DNA of 64,000 nucleotides, taken from positions 2,480,001-2,544,000 of the forward strand of contig CM022679.1 in the NCBI GenBank assembly GCA_012295275.1. Direction: 5' to 3'. The position numbers were made by a program, and so were the translations under genes. The notes below the pieces were generated by a model. That model was not told the DNA's origin, made no database searches, and saw only the letters and a program-made list of their open reading frames with translations. Below, in pieces: positions 37,329-52,960 of the stretch (within the stretch, counting starts at the first letter, position 1; each line of letters starts with the position of its first letter). The DNA comes from Chrysomallon squamiferum. Taxonomy: Eukaryota; Animalia; Mollusca.

Positions 37329-39415
37329 CTACGCTAATGGTTAATGGAAACCTTTGTTAAAAGTGCCCGTCTGCTGCTGTGTAATTGGGAGAAGAATCCT
37401 GTGAAATTTCTTTAGTTGTGAAAGGCTAAAGTAATACGAGAGAAAGATACTGCGTGGTACAGGCGTTCACGACGTCGTATTTCGGCTGTATAACAGTAAA
37501 AGAAGCCGAACAAAGTGAGGAGATTCAGATATAGTCTGGTGTTATAACAAAACATGAATATTTGCTTAAATAGCAATATCAGTTTCAACAGGTGTTTACA
37601 CACACACACACACACTCACACACACAATCACACGCATACACATACACACATATATGCTGACGCACCCACACACATGTATACACACATACATACAAACATC
37701 AAACGTACACACACGTTTAATATATAGTAGTACACACTAAGTCAGTATGCTAAACACTGCACATACTAATTTTCTGTTTCGTTGCCTCACTGTGTGTGTC
37801 TGCGAGCGCGGCTGTGTATGTATGTACGTATGTATCTATCAGTCTGTCTCTGTCACCTATCTCTACTTGCACATCTAGCTGAAAGTGAATAAAATGCAGC
37901 TATTAATTATTATTTTTATTGGATCGATATATTAAATGAAGCAGACACTCTGTCAAGACAACAGGATGTCAGATTTCACTGGAGGCTCTACGTAAAAGCA
38001 AAAATCGATATGCGTCTGTGCGTCTGTATGCGTCGATATGCGTGTCTACAGTGATCATATAAAAACAAGAAAACCCGTTGCACATCTCTAAGATTAGTCA
38101 CGATTAGCAACAAGTGATATATTATATGCACCTTCTCATGCACAGCGACATTATTTTGCCGGAATAGGAAATCATTCAGTGGGTAAAAGGCAGTTTTAGT
38201 GAGACGTGAAATGTAGACTGGTCGACGCTACGTCGCAATATTTTTATGACATTTTAATGACAAGACAGCTGTCGCGTCAAGTCGAGATATCAGTTTATTG
38301 TCAATGAAAAGTCACTAACAAAGACATTCGCATTTCCCGAGATTTTGCATATGCTTCTAAACATGATATTATCTGTGCATGTTATTATCTGAACATGCAG
38401 AAGTATATTTTCGCGTTCCAGTGATTAGGCCATTTTCATATGGTGTCAGCCTACGCATTCAATTTATATGATCTGTATTACAAACGTTAATTAGTTATCA
38501 GATGGCGCTGTGCTCGTGTTGCAAGCCCGGAGGCTGGTGGTTATAATGTATTCATTTCCCTAGACAGAAATAGGTGATCAGTAACAGCATCAGTAATAAT
38601 AACAAAAATAATAATAACGATGACGTAGCTATGTCGTTATAGGAACTACTGTTTTATTTATTTTTAAAAATGAATGACGTAAACTGCCATAATTTTCTTA
38701 TTTATTACCTTATTTCCATTCTACACTTAGGAAAGTTTGATAGCCTTGGAAAAGAAGTCGTCTGCTATATTTACGACCCGTTATCCATCATGTTTGTTTT
38801 TCCCGCGACACTAAAGATCAAAAGCAAATCAACAGCGGACTGTTTTCGCCAGAAGCCGTCTGCTAAATTGACCACGAACGTGAACAGCAGGTGGTATTCA
38901 CCACTTTAATCCAAAATAATTACAATTCGCGTCTAATCGGAAATCCTCGTGTAATTCCGCCAGCTTAAACTAACCTCGTTCGGGTAAATGTGGATGAATA
39001 ATAAATAACGAAGTTAGTCGCCGGAAGTTGTTTTCACTTCGTTCACTTCTGAACCTATCATAGTGAAAATTGCATTCGCTAACGAAGTTATGAGTCTGTG
39101 CTCAGCTTTGACACAATAATGACATTTTTACAGATAGGAAGTGACTTGAAACACGACATTTCAAAGATTAGGAATTGACATAACAATAATAATAATAATA
39201 ATAACTAATATAAAAAATATAATACTGAATCACAAAAACATTTTAGACAATTGGATTTAACATAAAATGACATTTAAAAATCTGGCTTTAATATTAACAT
39301 AAAAGAAAATAATTTTTTTTTTTTTTTTTTTTCTATATTTTTTTCTTGAGCAAGATTTCTTCTTAAAATGAAATAAAATTAATTATTTACTTTAACTACA
39401 AAATCAAAATCTTTT

Positions 39416-39478
<63 letters not shown>

Positions 39479-39818
39479 TGAAAAAACTGAATTTAAAAGA
39501 AATCTGTTACCAGTACATTTGTTTATTCGTTTGCACATATGTTATTCAATTTATTTTTATCGAGAATATTAATTGTTTCTTTTAAATATAAAATACATAG
39601 ATATATAATTATTAACAAATGTATGATTATTTATGTTAAATTCATTGTTTTATACATAACTCAAAATAAATAAACAAACAAAAAAATCAGATGATGTTTC
39701 TTTAATTTGTTGTTTAAAAAATACATAATTTTAATTAAGACTTTTGTCAAAGAAAAAAAATTTTGTAAAATTTAACTATCACATTCTTTTGCTTTTAACT
39801 ACTTTCTTCTACATTAGA

Positions 39819-39915
<97 letters not shown>

Positions 39916-40333
39916 CCATCCTTTCCTTTTTAATCATCTCAGCGAATTCAAACCAAAAATAGCGCCGTTTAAATTTCCGGCAGGTTTCATTCAGTAATTC
40001 TGTTCTGCACCATTTTTTATTATTATTAACCATTTTTTTCCCCTTTTTTTGAGTTCTTAAATCTCCTGTTTTAATTTAAGAAATTGTTTTTATGAGAGGC
40101 AGAGGGATGAATGTCTTCAAGCAGTTTAAAATGTGTTTTGTCACAAAAATACAATTTGCATCTCATTTCGCACAGTAATTTGTTTCCAAGTCAATACCTT
40201 TAGTCAGCTGTACTGGGTTTGGGTGTATTTCTTTGGATTTAATTTAAATGAAAATGTATTTAACATTCAAAAAAATATTGTTTAGTGTCAGTCGTTTACA
40301 TACATTCACACACACGCACACAAACACATATAT

Positions 40334-40425
<92 letters not shown>

Positions 40426-43206
40426 ATCAGCTGGATTAAACAAAACCTTTTTTTTTTTTTTTTTTTCACAGCAGATACATTTTACAAGTAAAATATAAAA
40501 TAATGAATTGAAGTAACAGAATATGTTTTCAATTTTTATTTCTACCATACAACAAGATGAATTGAAAAAAAAAAAAAAAAAAAAAAAGAAAGAGAGAGAA
40601 GCCGTTTGCTTCCAGGAGGAATTTAAAAAAAGAAGAAATTTAATTGTTTAAATCGAAGGTTTACAGTTCTTTGACAGATCAGTCGTCGGGCGCAGACTGG
40701 AATATTGTCAGAACGGGACATGATGAAAAAGTATCCATCATTCCCTAGACGAGTACTCTATCATTTAATTAGCCTTCTCTTCTGTGGATTTCTGAAGTTT
40801 GTTTTTAGCAGACTCGGACACTGCAGATAGCTCAGTGGTGTAGCTTTGGTACGGCAAATGTGGCACGAACTCTGAGAACTTTCTATTAATCTTCACTGAT
40901 ATTTCTGACCTGATTTTATTGTAAAATTATCTGAAAAAAATGGATGTTTGGACAGGGACACAATTTCGCTGCTCACCATAGACGCCATTTTCCGTAGCTA
41001 TGCCCTTGAGACGAATCCGAGCTCTAAATTTGATTTGAGTGATAGGAATTTATTTTCCATTCCCCATCTTCACACTGCAGTAGTGTCTGAAGTCTCTTTT
41101 TATAAATAAATAAAACAGTTATTTATGTGTTTTGTCACAAAATTAAGCTAGATGCATTAAGATATGGTCGATTTTTTTTTTTTTTCCGGAAACTTGAACA
41201 TAAAAGACAAAAAAGTGTGAAATATGACTTTGGCTGCTTTGTTTTGTTCGCGTCGTCGCCTGTTTAAAGTGAATTGCAATCGACAGAGGATCAATTCTTC
41301 TCGGGGTTTCTAACCTGATACACGTGGCATAGCCTGTGGGTAACGTTTTTTTAGTTGTTTTTTTCCCTCTTATTATAATTATTATTATTTATTTAATTTG
41401 TTTTTTTCGATGGTTAACAATTATATCTCAAACCAGATGTCAGCCTGAATTAGAAACTAGTTAATTTCAACATGAGCATAATATCTATAACTTAACATGA
41501 TTACATTCGTTTCAGAAAGGTTAATATAATATAAAATCAAAGAAATAGTATTACTGAAGTGATATATGAGAAAGTGAGAAAGCGAATGAATAGAACGGAC
41601 GAATCTTCACCATGTCGTCATCATCATCATCATCAATAATATCATCTTTATTTTCTTCTTAATCTTAATCATCATTATTTTCATTCTTTTCTTCGTGTCC
41701 TTCTTTATTTTAATGAACTTCTCGTTGCTCAGTGATGGATACCGTGACCCCCCTCCCAGAACCGCCCCGCCTGCTTACTGCCATTATCACTAAACAAGAG
41801 CTGTTTTAAGTTGAAGACTGATTGAATAACGTGGGAGTGTTTTCATTAATCAAATCAGTTATCTGCGGGTAAGTAGTTCTTGTGTCTGAAGTTCAGAAAA
41901 TCAAGTTAACATTTATCTACAGAGTTTGAATCGACTTGTTATTCTGTCCCAGGATGATTAAAAATTAACTGTTTTTGCTAAATAATGGTACATTCTGTAT
42001 TCTTTCAAGTGATAATGCAAGTAACCAACGTTTGCTAATAATAAAGTTTGACAGCATTATTATTATTATTATTATTTTTACGTAAATCAGATTATTTTTA
42101 TGTAAATAAATGTATCAGAATCTGTTCATTATCAAAAGATATGGCTTATGATACATCGCCCCCTTTCCACTCCCCTCCCCAGAACAGATCCACTCCTTGA
42201 TAATCTGAATTTACTAATATCATAACAAATCCCTGATGAATAATTCAAGATCCGGAAGTTTTCAGACAATATACATTTCTTACAGTACACGTTTCTGTTG
42301 TTTTTTCTTTAAGCAGTTTCCTAATTATTTCCTCATCTTCTCTGGAGATTCTACGTTTCTGTCAGTGGGAGAAGACTCGATAATTCTCTGCGAGCCCGAG
42401 AATGTTCTTTGTGAACTTCAAACACAACGAATTCTTACTCATCGATAATCCTATTTTCTGAAGGTCAGCAGAGAAGCACGAAGGAAGTCTCCTATATTCC
42501 TCGGCAAAGTCAAAGTCTGGGTCCATGCGACACTAGACCATATCACATAACACTGGAACACAAATACATCACAACAAAATACAACACGGCACCACATCAC
42601 AGTAACCACACCCAAACCAAAGTACATCACAACACACTGCACGACGCAAATCAAACCACACATCATATCACACGAAACCAAAGCACACCAGACCACACTA
42701 AACTACACCATTTTATTCTCAGTGATATAAAACTATATTTTCTTTTGACTGTTGAACAATAACGTCATAATACACCATAGAATGGCATACCATACCATAT
42801 TATATTAATACGTTTTATTTCTGTGGTAGTCACTGGCCAGAGTCTTATTGACTTTTGTTTTGATTGCTGACATATTCGTCTACACTTGATTAGCGAAGCG
42901 TGAGTTCATAACAAACTCACTACTCTGCCTGCTCACGACTGTGTGAGTCATCGGGATTCTCCCCTTGGCAATTTGTTAAAACACAACCATCACCATCGTC
43001 ACCTCCATAACCAACAAGAAAAACTTGCAATAACACAGCGGAATCAGAGTTTGTAATATTTATCTAACTCTTCCTTGTTTCGTTCGTTTCCAGTTCATTT
43101 GTTCATGTTGATATCTTAAAAGTTATTTGTAAAACCCTATATCCATCCTTTCCATAATTAAAATGTTTAGAAACACCAAAGTTTCTTCTTATGTTCTTCA
43201 CTAAGA

Positions 43207-43262
<56 letters not shown>

Positions 43263-43264
43263 TT

Positions 43265-43303
<39 letters not shown>

Positions 43304-43894
43304 CATAACGTTACGGAGCAATTAGGTGGTTTGTCTTGATCTTTCAGTTCTCACAAATACTCGCATAATTTTCATGAATAAAGGTCCAGGTTCCTCGACA
43401 CAAACTTATTTCTTCTGTCTACAGCATGACAATACTTTCAACAAATTGACACAATAATTGTGTTCAGACAGAATGATTATAAACTTGTAAATAATTCAGT
43501 CAATCAAATTAGATTTTTTTTCAAATCAGGTTTTGCATTCTGAGTTGTAATTGAATATTCAAAACTGACATTGTTTTTATGTTGTATTTTTTTATCTTGT
43601 TGTCTGCTGTTACAGTGAGGAATACTCGACATGTAAATTAATAGTCTGAACATTTTCTTCTTTATTAAATTCCTCTTAATCTACGCGATGTTTATCCATT
43701 CTTCCTTTTCGTCATCTTCATCATTATTGTTACTGTTAATAGTTAAAAAGGAAAATACGATACACCTACACCCTGCTTACATCTGCATACAGTTATGTAA
43801 CTGCCATTATACTTACACTTTATGCCTACGCACCATTCTTCCTGAATCCCCTTAGGCTTATGTCCTTTGATGCTTATATCCCGTTATTTCTATA

Positions 43895-43932
<38 letters not shown>

Positions 43933-45965
43933 TCTATTTCTCTTGCGATTTCACTTTTAAAACTATTATTCTGTCCATAACTTAATATAAATCAACACCT
44001 TAAATAAACGTTCAGATCTTAGTATTTTTTATTGATTCTGTTCTTATATTTAATGCGTGTTGACATTTTAAATATTTCTTATTCATATTTATGTTGAAAC
44101 ATGTAAAAACGATCTCAGGGTCGATTGTGCTTAGTGGATTTTGTCATGTAAAGTGTTAATTAAACAATAACATCAATTATGACTGTGACACCAACAGCAA
44201 TATTAACAACAACAACAATTATGATAGAAACTATAACAATAATAGTAAGAAAAAGAACATTAATGATGACAGTAACAATGACGACAACAACAACAACAAC
44301 AACAATAAAACAATTAAATTTTAATAAGAATATCCGTGAAGTGTTTATATAACAGGACTGATCTTTATAATCGATATTTCGGACACGCCAGGCGTGCTTT
44401 GTCGCACATCTTCTAAACAAAGTAATTTTCTCCTGTTACATTGCGTAATTGTGATTTGCCTGTCGACTCTGTGAGTTAGTGTCGTGTTTCTCACTGCGAA
44501 CAAAGTCATTTAGCGACACTCAGTCTTATTTAGCTTCCAGTCGTGCAATGCGGTTTTGATTAAATTCACCGACACCGTCAACACCGTCACATCCAAACTA
44601 CGTACACGACTTAAACCAGCACCTTCACACTACTGATTAAAAAACAACTTTTTTTTTTTTTTAAGTCCTCGCTGGGTTAGCAAGCTTCATGCTTTGTGTG
44701 TTGATGTTTAGATTAAATGTCAATGTACAAGCGTCGCTGTTAATTACACGTATACTTGGTTAGTAACATATTTCTATACCGCAAAACTATTAATAATACC
44801 ATATAACTCTTTGTATTTTTTAAATGGCTATTAATAAAAATAATCTTTATTGATAATAAATTTTGACGTATATAGATCAAATATTGTTTACTATATTTAA
44901 GAAAAAAATTATTGATATATTTTTTTTTTATTATCTTATAAATTTTTAATGTATCAGTAACGCAAAAAGGACCAAATGACATTTCTATATTTAAAAATGA
45001 TTATTAATATTTAAAGAATGATAATATACTTTATTAAAAAAAATATATAAAATAAATGATTTTCTTTTTTTTTTTCTTTTTTTTTAAATCAGCTATGCTT
45101 CAGACTTTGCTAACAATAAACTTTGAATGAAGTATAGTTCAGAGGATGCCTTTAAGTATTTTATTTTTACAACGAGGTAATCTGAATCCTTTGGACACTT
45201 CCAAATGATGGTTATTTTTGTATTTTTGTATTTGAACATGAAGTATAACCTTTACTAACAATAAAGTTTTGCACTAATTCGTGCAGGCCGGCAATCGAGT
45301 AATTTTAAGTAGTGTTTGTACAATGTTAGAAAAAGCCCTGAAAAAAGAAATAAGAAAAAGGAGAGGGGGAAAAGAAAAAAAAACACCAAAAAACCCCATA
45401 AATTAATAAGATAAAATAAAAGTTAACTATCTCAGTGGGATTTGAAAAAATCCATGACTGAAATAGTTTTTATCACCGTTAAATATTTTAACAGAAACCT
45501 AATAAACAATTCAGTGAAAATGTGTCTATTACTACTTTAAAAATAATATCGAAAGCTAATTTGCTGTGAAAAAAAAAGGTGAGAAAGGTTAATATTGTTG
45601 GCAGACGGTTAATATATAAATTAGTCTTTTGTCAAAAGCGAATTGATAAAAGAAATGAACACAAAAAGCTGTTTGTTCACACATCAACAGTGAAACGTAT
45701 TTCGTGATTAGAGTTGTCTACCGTGGTGTTAATGGTTTCTCACATTTCCGGTGATAAGACAAAGTAAATAGCGCTAACATGAACCTCTGCTAGAGTAATG
45801 ACAAGTAATATTTTATGTTTAAAATAAAGAAATATATGTGTGCGCATTTTCAATGAGAGCCATACATTAACACATTCGAGAGAAAAAAAAAAACAACAAC
45901 AAAAAAAAAACATTGTCGAACGGAGTGGTAAATCAAGAACGTTTGACAGACAGGGTTAAAATAAA

Positions 45966-45997
<32 letters not shown>

Positions 45998-46769
45998 ACA
46001 CTTATATGACTGCACAGCTAATATTGACAGATATATTTCCAATGTTAACAGGTGCATGTTAATAAATGATACAGCCTGGGCTCAACTGTAAAGACCCTCG
46101 TTAACAACGACGTCATCACCACAAATAATGTCATAATCGTCCTCGTTATCAGCTAATATGAATATTTCACACTTTAATATCTCATAACACCGTCACAAAC
46201 AACAACGACAACAAAAAGGTTTTTTTTTAAACATAACTCAAACTAAAAATAATCAATACTGACATCATGAAAGTAAAAAGGTGATTTTAATGTGACTCTG
46301 ACAGAGCCTTATGATGTGATGTAGAACGACAGAAAATTAATGTTTACTCTGCGACGCCATCTTGTTTCTGTCAATTTTGCGTGGAAATGCAACTTCCGTC
46401 AGACGTATTTTATCTAACCTGATGATTCCTTCGAAAAGTCGAAGAGATTTTCAAAGAAAAAAAAAGAGAGAAAAAAAAAAAGAAGAAGGAAAACGAATAT
46501 TTTCTGAAAAAAAATAAAAATAAAAAGGAGAAGGAAAGAGAAAGAAAGTAATCAATATGGTGTTATTCGAGTAGGCCAGACTGTATGAAATGTGGTGAAT
46601 AGTTTGTAATTACCAACATACATTTTTAATGACACATTTACTCAGGCGACAAGCTGGTTTTTAAAACGATACCAGTGTGCTAATCTTTCCTATTGAATCC
46701 TTTTTATAGCTTTCACCCAGAGAGTTTCATCAGGCATATTTTAGTGTACGTATTGTTAGCTGGTTACTG

Positions 46770-47022
46770 TGTTAGCTTGTTACTGATGGTTTAATAGACG
46801 CGCAGATACCGTGTCGGGAAAGACTCGGTACAGTCCTGTGATATTCATGTTGGGCTATTTCCAATCATATCCCTAGAGAGGTTTATCAAAAACTGTCCTG
46901 TATACTTTTCCAGTGTACGGTGACAGCCGATTTTAGTTACTATTTGTCTGATCCTTAACTATCATTATGTATGAATGTAGATTAAAGTATTAAATGTGTC
47001 TGTCGTTAAATAAAATGTTTAT
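46770..47022 (+). mobile_element. Degenerate SINE-like element
   Basis: Contains TTGGGCTATTTC and ends GTGTCTGTCGTTAAATAAAATGTTT, resembling an abundant gastropod tRNA-derived SINE that I recall. Not verified by search. Confidence 0.4.
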
Positions 47023-48074
47023 TTCTCTGAGTTGAGAATCTGATATTATAACTATTTCTAATATGATGCAATTTGTTTCTGTTATCAAAAATTCAGACAG
47101 AAGCAAACAGTGGTGTATATTTATAATAATACGCTTAATTTTTAAAACTCATTATGATAAAGGTGATTATAAGGTCACTTTACACCAGTCTAGCCAGTTT
47201 GAAGATATTTTAGTTACATCTGCTTAGAAATAAACAGAAATTATAGAAAATCTGACATTTTCGATATTTTGTCTTTATATTATTATTATTATTATTATTA
47301 TTATTCGTATTATTATTATTATTAAATCTCTATAATATCATGCTTACTATTAATTTTTTTTATAAACTCACATACAGACAGACATTTCTTTCTGGCGGAG
47401 ATATGCGGTATAAAGCGATATTTTATGCCTACACAGTTTTATAAACTGTTCTACAGAAAGATTTCAGAAATCACTACTTCATCATTATCGCTTCAAAAGT
47501 ACTAGTACGAGATTCATAAGGCTGCTTTGCAGCTTTTGAGGATGACAGTTCCTGGATTTGATCAGGAAAAGCTTCCTCTTGTTTCGTTTTTTTTTTAAAG
47601 AAAAAGAAAGAAAGAACTCAACACTGCATCCAAAATCTTCAGCTAAAATCTCAATCCTTGATTTGCATACTTCCGAGTTCTGAAGTGGCATGCAAGTAAA
47701 AGAAAGAGATTTTAGTTGACAATGTTAGTTAATGGTAACACTTTGACAAAAATTATTTGTAAACACTGCAAAACACTGCTACATACTCTATCTGCAAGTA
47801 AAGCTGTTTTTGGCTGTGATATTCAGACGGTCATGGGATCGATTCTAAGCAGCTGTACTTGTAATATAGTTTTAAAAAAAAGAAAAAAAGAAACCACACA
47901 CAAATCCTGTCATAGTTATCTTAACCTTCATCGAAGATCTGTGAACTGTATTACCTGTTTTAGGAATGCAGTCTTGTGCCAGAGCGTGCTGGGACAGATT
48001 CAGACTGAAAAGAGACAAAACATTATCATAACACTATTAGCAGTCAGTGAGACAGTTTGATCTTTTCATGTCCT

Positions 48075-48405
48075 GTCAGCTCAGATTCAGGTAATACTTT
48101 TTTTTACAAGATTATTTCAACTCCAACTCAGGTAATTGTATCTAGTTCTCTTCCTACAAGATTAATGTCAGCTCAGACTCAAGTTATATCTTTTTACAAG
48201 ATTATTGTCAGCTAAAAGCTATTTTCTTTCATTCTTTTTGTAACACTTTTTTTTTAACGAGATTATCGTCAGTTCATACTCAGGTAATATTTCACGGCTC
48301 CATTTTTACGAGATTGTTGTGAGCGCACAATCTGGTAATATCGTTTTACGAGGTTTTTGTCAGCTCAAACTCTGGTAATATCTTTTTACAAGATTGTTGT
48401 ACGAC
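48075..48405. repeat. Degenerate ~40-45-bp tandem repeat, about 7-8 copies
   Basis: Recurring GTCAGCTCA(G/A)ACTCAGGTAATA..TTTTTACAAGATTATT. Confidence 0.8.
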
Positions 48406-49472
48406 TAGGTCATTGTCCTTCTGCTCTTCTGACCTCAGCCACAATTTGCAGAGGCATCCATTGTTCCTTGAAACACTTGAATCAGCTGCTTCCACGTTGT
48501 ACTGCATCGATTCTCGTTCGACCTCGCACAATCACGTGAGAGTTGCTCAGACCTGCTTTTCACTGCTAATCCCCGGCGTCTTCACATAATCGAGTGAACA
48601 AACAAAGTTCTGCATCGTGGATGAATATTTTATCTACTGTTTCCGTTTTAGAGAGTGAAGCACCGTGGGAAGGCCCATTCTTGTAGTGTTATTGGTAGAA
48701 TTTCTGGGTAGTAGCGTGTTTAAAGTAACTGAAGGTTTTCGTCCCTTTCTTTGAAATGAGGAGAGAATTGTTCGCGGTGGAGTGTCTTAAGTGTGTACTT
48801 TGAAATATTGTAATCAGCATAAAATTCACGATAGTATAAAAGTCTGTTTCTACATTTGAGTTTCGTATGTATTTGTCTGTTTGTGTCTGTGTGTTGTGTG
48901 TGTGTGTGTGTGTTACTGCAACATACATAAACAACAACAATACAACAAAAAGAACACAAAAAACACACAGAACAACAACCACTAGATAAATAAATTTAAA
49001 AAACTATCAAAATGTCACGTTTTTCCATTAATTTATCAGTTAATGTTCTTTATAGAAACATTTCTATTCTTAGATAAAAAAAAAATACGTAGAAAAAATA
49101 ACCTTATTAATTAGGAAAATGAAAGCCTGAAACGTAATGTATTAAAAACATACTGCCATGAAAATCATGTCTGTGATCTTTCAATATACATATCATTATA
49201 ACGAGAATTGAAAAAGCTGGTCGTTTGTCATACAACGTCATTACATCAAAGCAGAGAATATTGAACTTTCGATACACTCATATAAAATTTCTTAGCTGAT
49301 GAGAAACATGATTCACAATGGAAATTTGAAATTAAAATCATATAAAAAAATAACAAAAATAAATAAATGAATAAAAGAACTGACAAAAGACTAAAAAATG
49401 TGTAATGAATAATTTCATTATTATGGAGAAAAACAGTCATCAGCAACATCATCATCAATCATGAGGATCATG

Positions 49473-49531
<59 letters not shown>

Positions 49532-49756
49532 TACTGATATTGTTATTGTTATTATCATTACAATTACTGTTATTGTTATTGTTGTTAGCAATAATTATAT
49601 TATTAGTGAGCGAGTGAGAGAGAGAGAGATATGAAATTAATTATATTTCTACAAAGACACAAAGCTCTGGTTGAACGTGTCACGTGATGGAATTGTTAAC
49701 GTTGACTCAAGACAGACTACGAGGAAGTTTATTACAGACATGAAAGGTTGAATGTA

Positions 49757-49816
49757 CGTGATATTTACTAACGTGATATTTACTAACGTGATATTTACTT
49801 ACGTGATGTTTACTTA
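49757..49816. repeat. 15-bp minisatellite, 4 copies
   Basis: Unit ACGTGATATTTACTA. Confidence 0.9.
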
Positions 49817-50699
49817 TGTTGTGCACTGTAATCATCACATTAAGTAAAAAAACATCACGACATAAAAATATTTATATAACTTTTGTTTGCTCAAGTTTCA
49901 ATAGCTTTGATACAATATCTACATCAGTAATAACAGTGTCTATGTAAATAATAACACCTATAAAAATAAAAAATCTATATAAATAATAATATCTATATAA
50001 GTAATAAGACCTATAAATGTATAAAAAAAGAATCTATTTAAGTAATAACATCTCTATAAGGTATAACATCTGTATAAATAAATGTTTCTTCATCCTTTGC
50101 TTTCTGTACTTACTTTTTCTTTCACTGGTATTTTTTTTAATTCATTTCTCTTTCAGTAGGTTAAATATACTGAACGAAAACATATAAGGTTCATGAAAAT
50201 AATAAGGCTATTAGCATCTATTGTTACGGCATCATTATATTAAATTCACTACAGATTGTAAATTGTGCTTACGAAAATAAACTTAAAATATGAAATTTAT
50301 GACTAATGAAAATATATAATTATTATAAGGTTTTTTCTTATCTTCTTCTTCTTATTATTATTATGTCAGTGATTCATATTCATTGTATGATTATTGTTGT
50401 TTTATATATGAAAATATTTCAAGATTCATAACTTTTTGTGATCAGTATATCTTTTTTGCAATCGAATATTTATCGTAATGACTCAAGCACTAGATGACAT
50501 ATAATTATTACGTCAATAATTGTGCAGAACGTACGTAATAAAATACGTTTATTATTAAGTTAAAGACCGTCTATAAATAGCATATTTAATTTGACGAACA
50601 GATTTCTATGGTTAAATTTTATTAAATGTAAAATTATAGTGAAAAACGATTATTAACTTAATGTATTTAGTATAATAACTGTATTATCGAGAAGAAGAA

Positions 50700-50935
50700 A
50701 GAAAGAAAGACATACAGCTGTTACACAACAGGGTTTACTCTTACCGATAAGCAGCAAGGAATCTTTTGTAGGCCCTATCTCGTATCTACGTCAGCACATA
50801 CCAATATTCACACTACAGCAGCCACGTGCACTGGGTAAAAACGAAACCACGTCAACTTATACCTGGAGGATTATTTAGAAAAAAAAAAAAAAAATGAGAA
50901 TAAAAATGTATCGATTTAACCATTGGACTATGGAG
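50700..50935 (-). mobile_element. Degenerate SINE-like element (probably the same family as 46770-47022, opposite orientation)
   Basis: TACTCTTACCGATAAGCAGCAAGGAATCTTTT...AGCACATACCA...GTGCACTGG resembles the reverse strand of the recalled gastropod SINE. Not verified by search. Confidence 0.45.
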
Positions 50936-51114
50936 CAGGTACAAAATGGTATTAAAATAGATGAACGGGATTTAATGTGAGATATAAATTAATTACTTTT
51001 TGGTTTGGTGTGATTACATCATGATTTCTGTTTGTAACGAAACTAGACCCCGTCTTTATTTCTTTTGTATACTGGCATTTGTATAGAACAAATAATGTAC
51101 TCATTTATTAGGAG

Positions 51115-51600
51115 TAGCTACTGCTGCTGCTACTACTACTAATACTACTACTACTGCTACTACTACTGCTATTACTACTACTACTACTACTACCACTACT
51201 ATTTACTAATACTATTGCCACTACTATTGCTAGAACTGTTGCTACTACTACTCCATTACTCTTATTCCACGACTACTATTACTACTACTACTACTTCTAC
51301 TACTACTTCTACTAATACTGCTACTACTGATGATGTTTTACTACCACTAATACAACTAACACATTTACTACTACTGTTAGTAAAAGTACTATCACCATTA
51401 CTATTACTATTAGAACCATATGTTCAGCGACCTTCTGTTTCTGATACTACTACTACTACCACTACCACCAGCGTTACCACCACCGCCGCCACCACGACTA
51501 CTACTACTATTACTATTCCTACTATCACTTCTTCTCAGCTTCTGGTTCTGGTGGTACTAGTAAAATAACGATTACAAACTACCATTAGTACTACAAGTTC
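51115..51600. repeat. Degenerate (CTA/ACC)n low-complexity tract
   Basis: Direct inspection. Confidence 0.85.
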
Positions 51601-52912
51601 AGCGTCCCTTATCCTACCCACAGGCTCACTTCTTTATTCATTAAAATCCGAAAAATTCCGGCCCTAAGCATTTCGAATAAGAGATTTTTTTCAGTCAGTT
51701 ACTACAACAACAACTACTACCACTGTTGTCGTTGTTGTTCTTCTTCTTCATCGAGGTCATTTGTTATCATTATCACCATTTAACTTGTTCAATACAAATT
51801 CATTTTACTAACACTTACAGATATTTCGATTCTGTGAATTTCAGTCTAACGTAATTTCGCGACCAAACCAAGCGTTAGACAAAGAATGTAATTTTGCCGT
51901 TAATTTTTAATGTTGTTTCTCTGTGCGTTTCGGTTTTTAAATTTGATTAAAGATCTGTCTCCTCCCTCATTCCGTTCTGTCATCGGCTGGGAAACTGAAA
52001 TCCTCAAACTGCAGAGTTTTCAAGCACACGCGAAGTGGCTTCCAACAAACACGTTTAGGATTTAATAAAGTTTCATCGCAAAATTGATTTCAAAATTGAT
52101 CGGCTGTTGTGCAGAAGCCAGAGGGAACAAAACTGATTATCCTGCTGTATTAAATTTGTGTGTGTGTGTGGGGGGGGGGCGTGTCTGTGTGTGGGCGTGT
52201 GTGTGTGTGAAGTTTTGATGAGTATACTGTTTAATATTCATTATAAAGTGTTTTAAATATATCATTTCCAGACATGTTTTGTAAACAGTAATTTAACACA
52301 GGGGCAGGAAAGCATAAGAAGAATAACAATGACATCACCATCGTCAGAAAACAGTGGCTTGAATCAGTTATCCATAGCACGCTTTGCAGTAGGTGACGAA
52401 AATCGATCCCATTTCCCTGCATTCATAAGACATTCGTTACTTAACCATTGCACCATCAGTTGTTGTAGACTAATGTTTGCTTCTACGACAGACAGCAGTT
52501 TGCACTGAACCTCCTGTCAGCAGCTTGCGTTTTTGTTTCTAATAAACGCAAAACAATGAATTTCTTGTGATGTTAAATCTGCACAGATGAAACAGCAAAT
52601 ACTTCTTTTATCGTGTTTTTATTCTTTCATAGATTTTTTTATGTCGAACATTGCCGTACTCAGGTTTGACTTATTGTGAGGAAACAAAAGAAGAAAACGA
52701 AGAAAAATTCAATTTCCGAGTAGCTTCTAGCGGTGAAGTACTTTTTAAATTGTTCGTAAACATACTGCGAGATTGAAAGAGTGCGAGTAAATAGAAAAAG
52801 TATTTCAAAGTTTTATGTGGAACAAAAAGGAGATTTTTAAAGGAGGGAGAAACAGACAATCGTACCGAAATACTTTTAAAAACTGACAGAACTCGTTCAA
52901 ACAAAAAAAAAA

Positions 52913-52960
<48 letters not shown>

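Noticed and set aside
40820-40870. tRNA-like sequence (TAGCTCAGTGGT)
   Set aside because: Only an A-box-like motif is present, with no B box or cloverleaf; it is at most a SINE head remnant.
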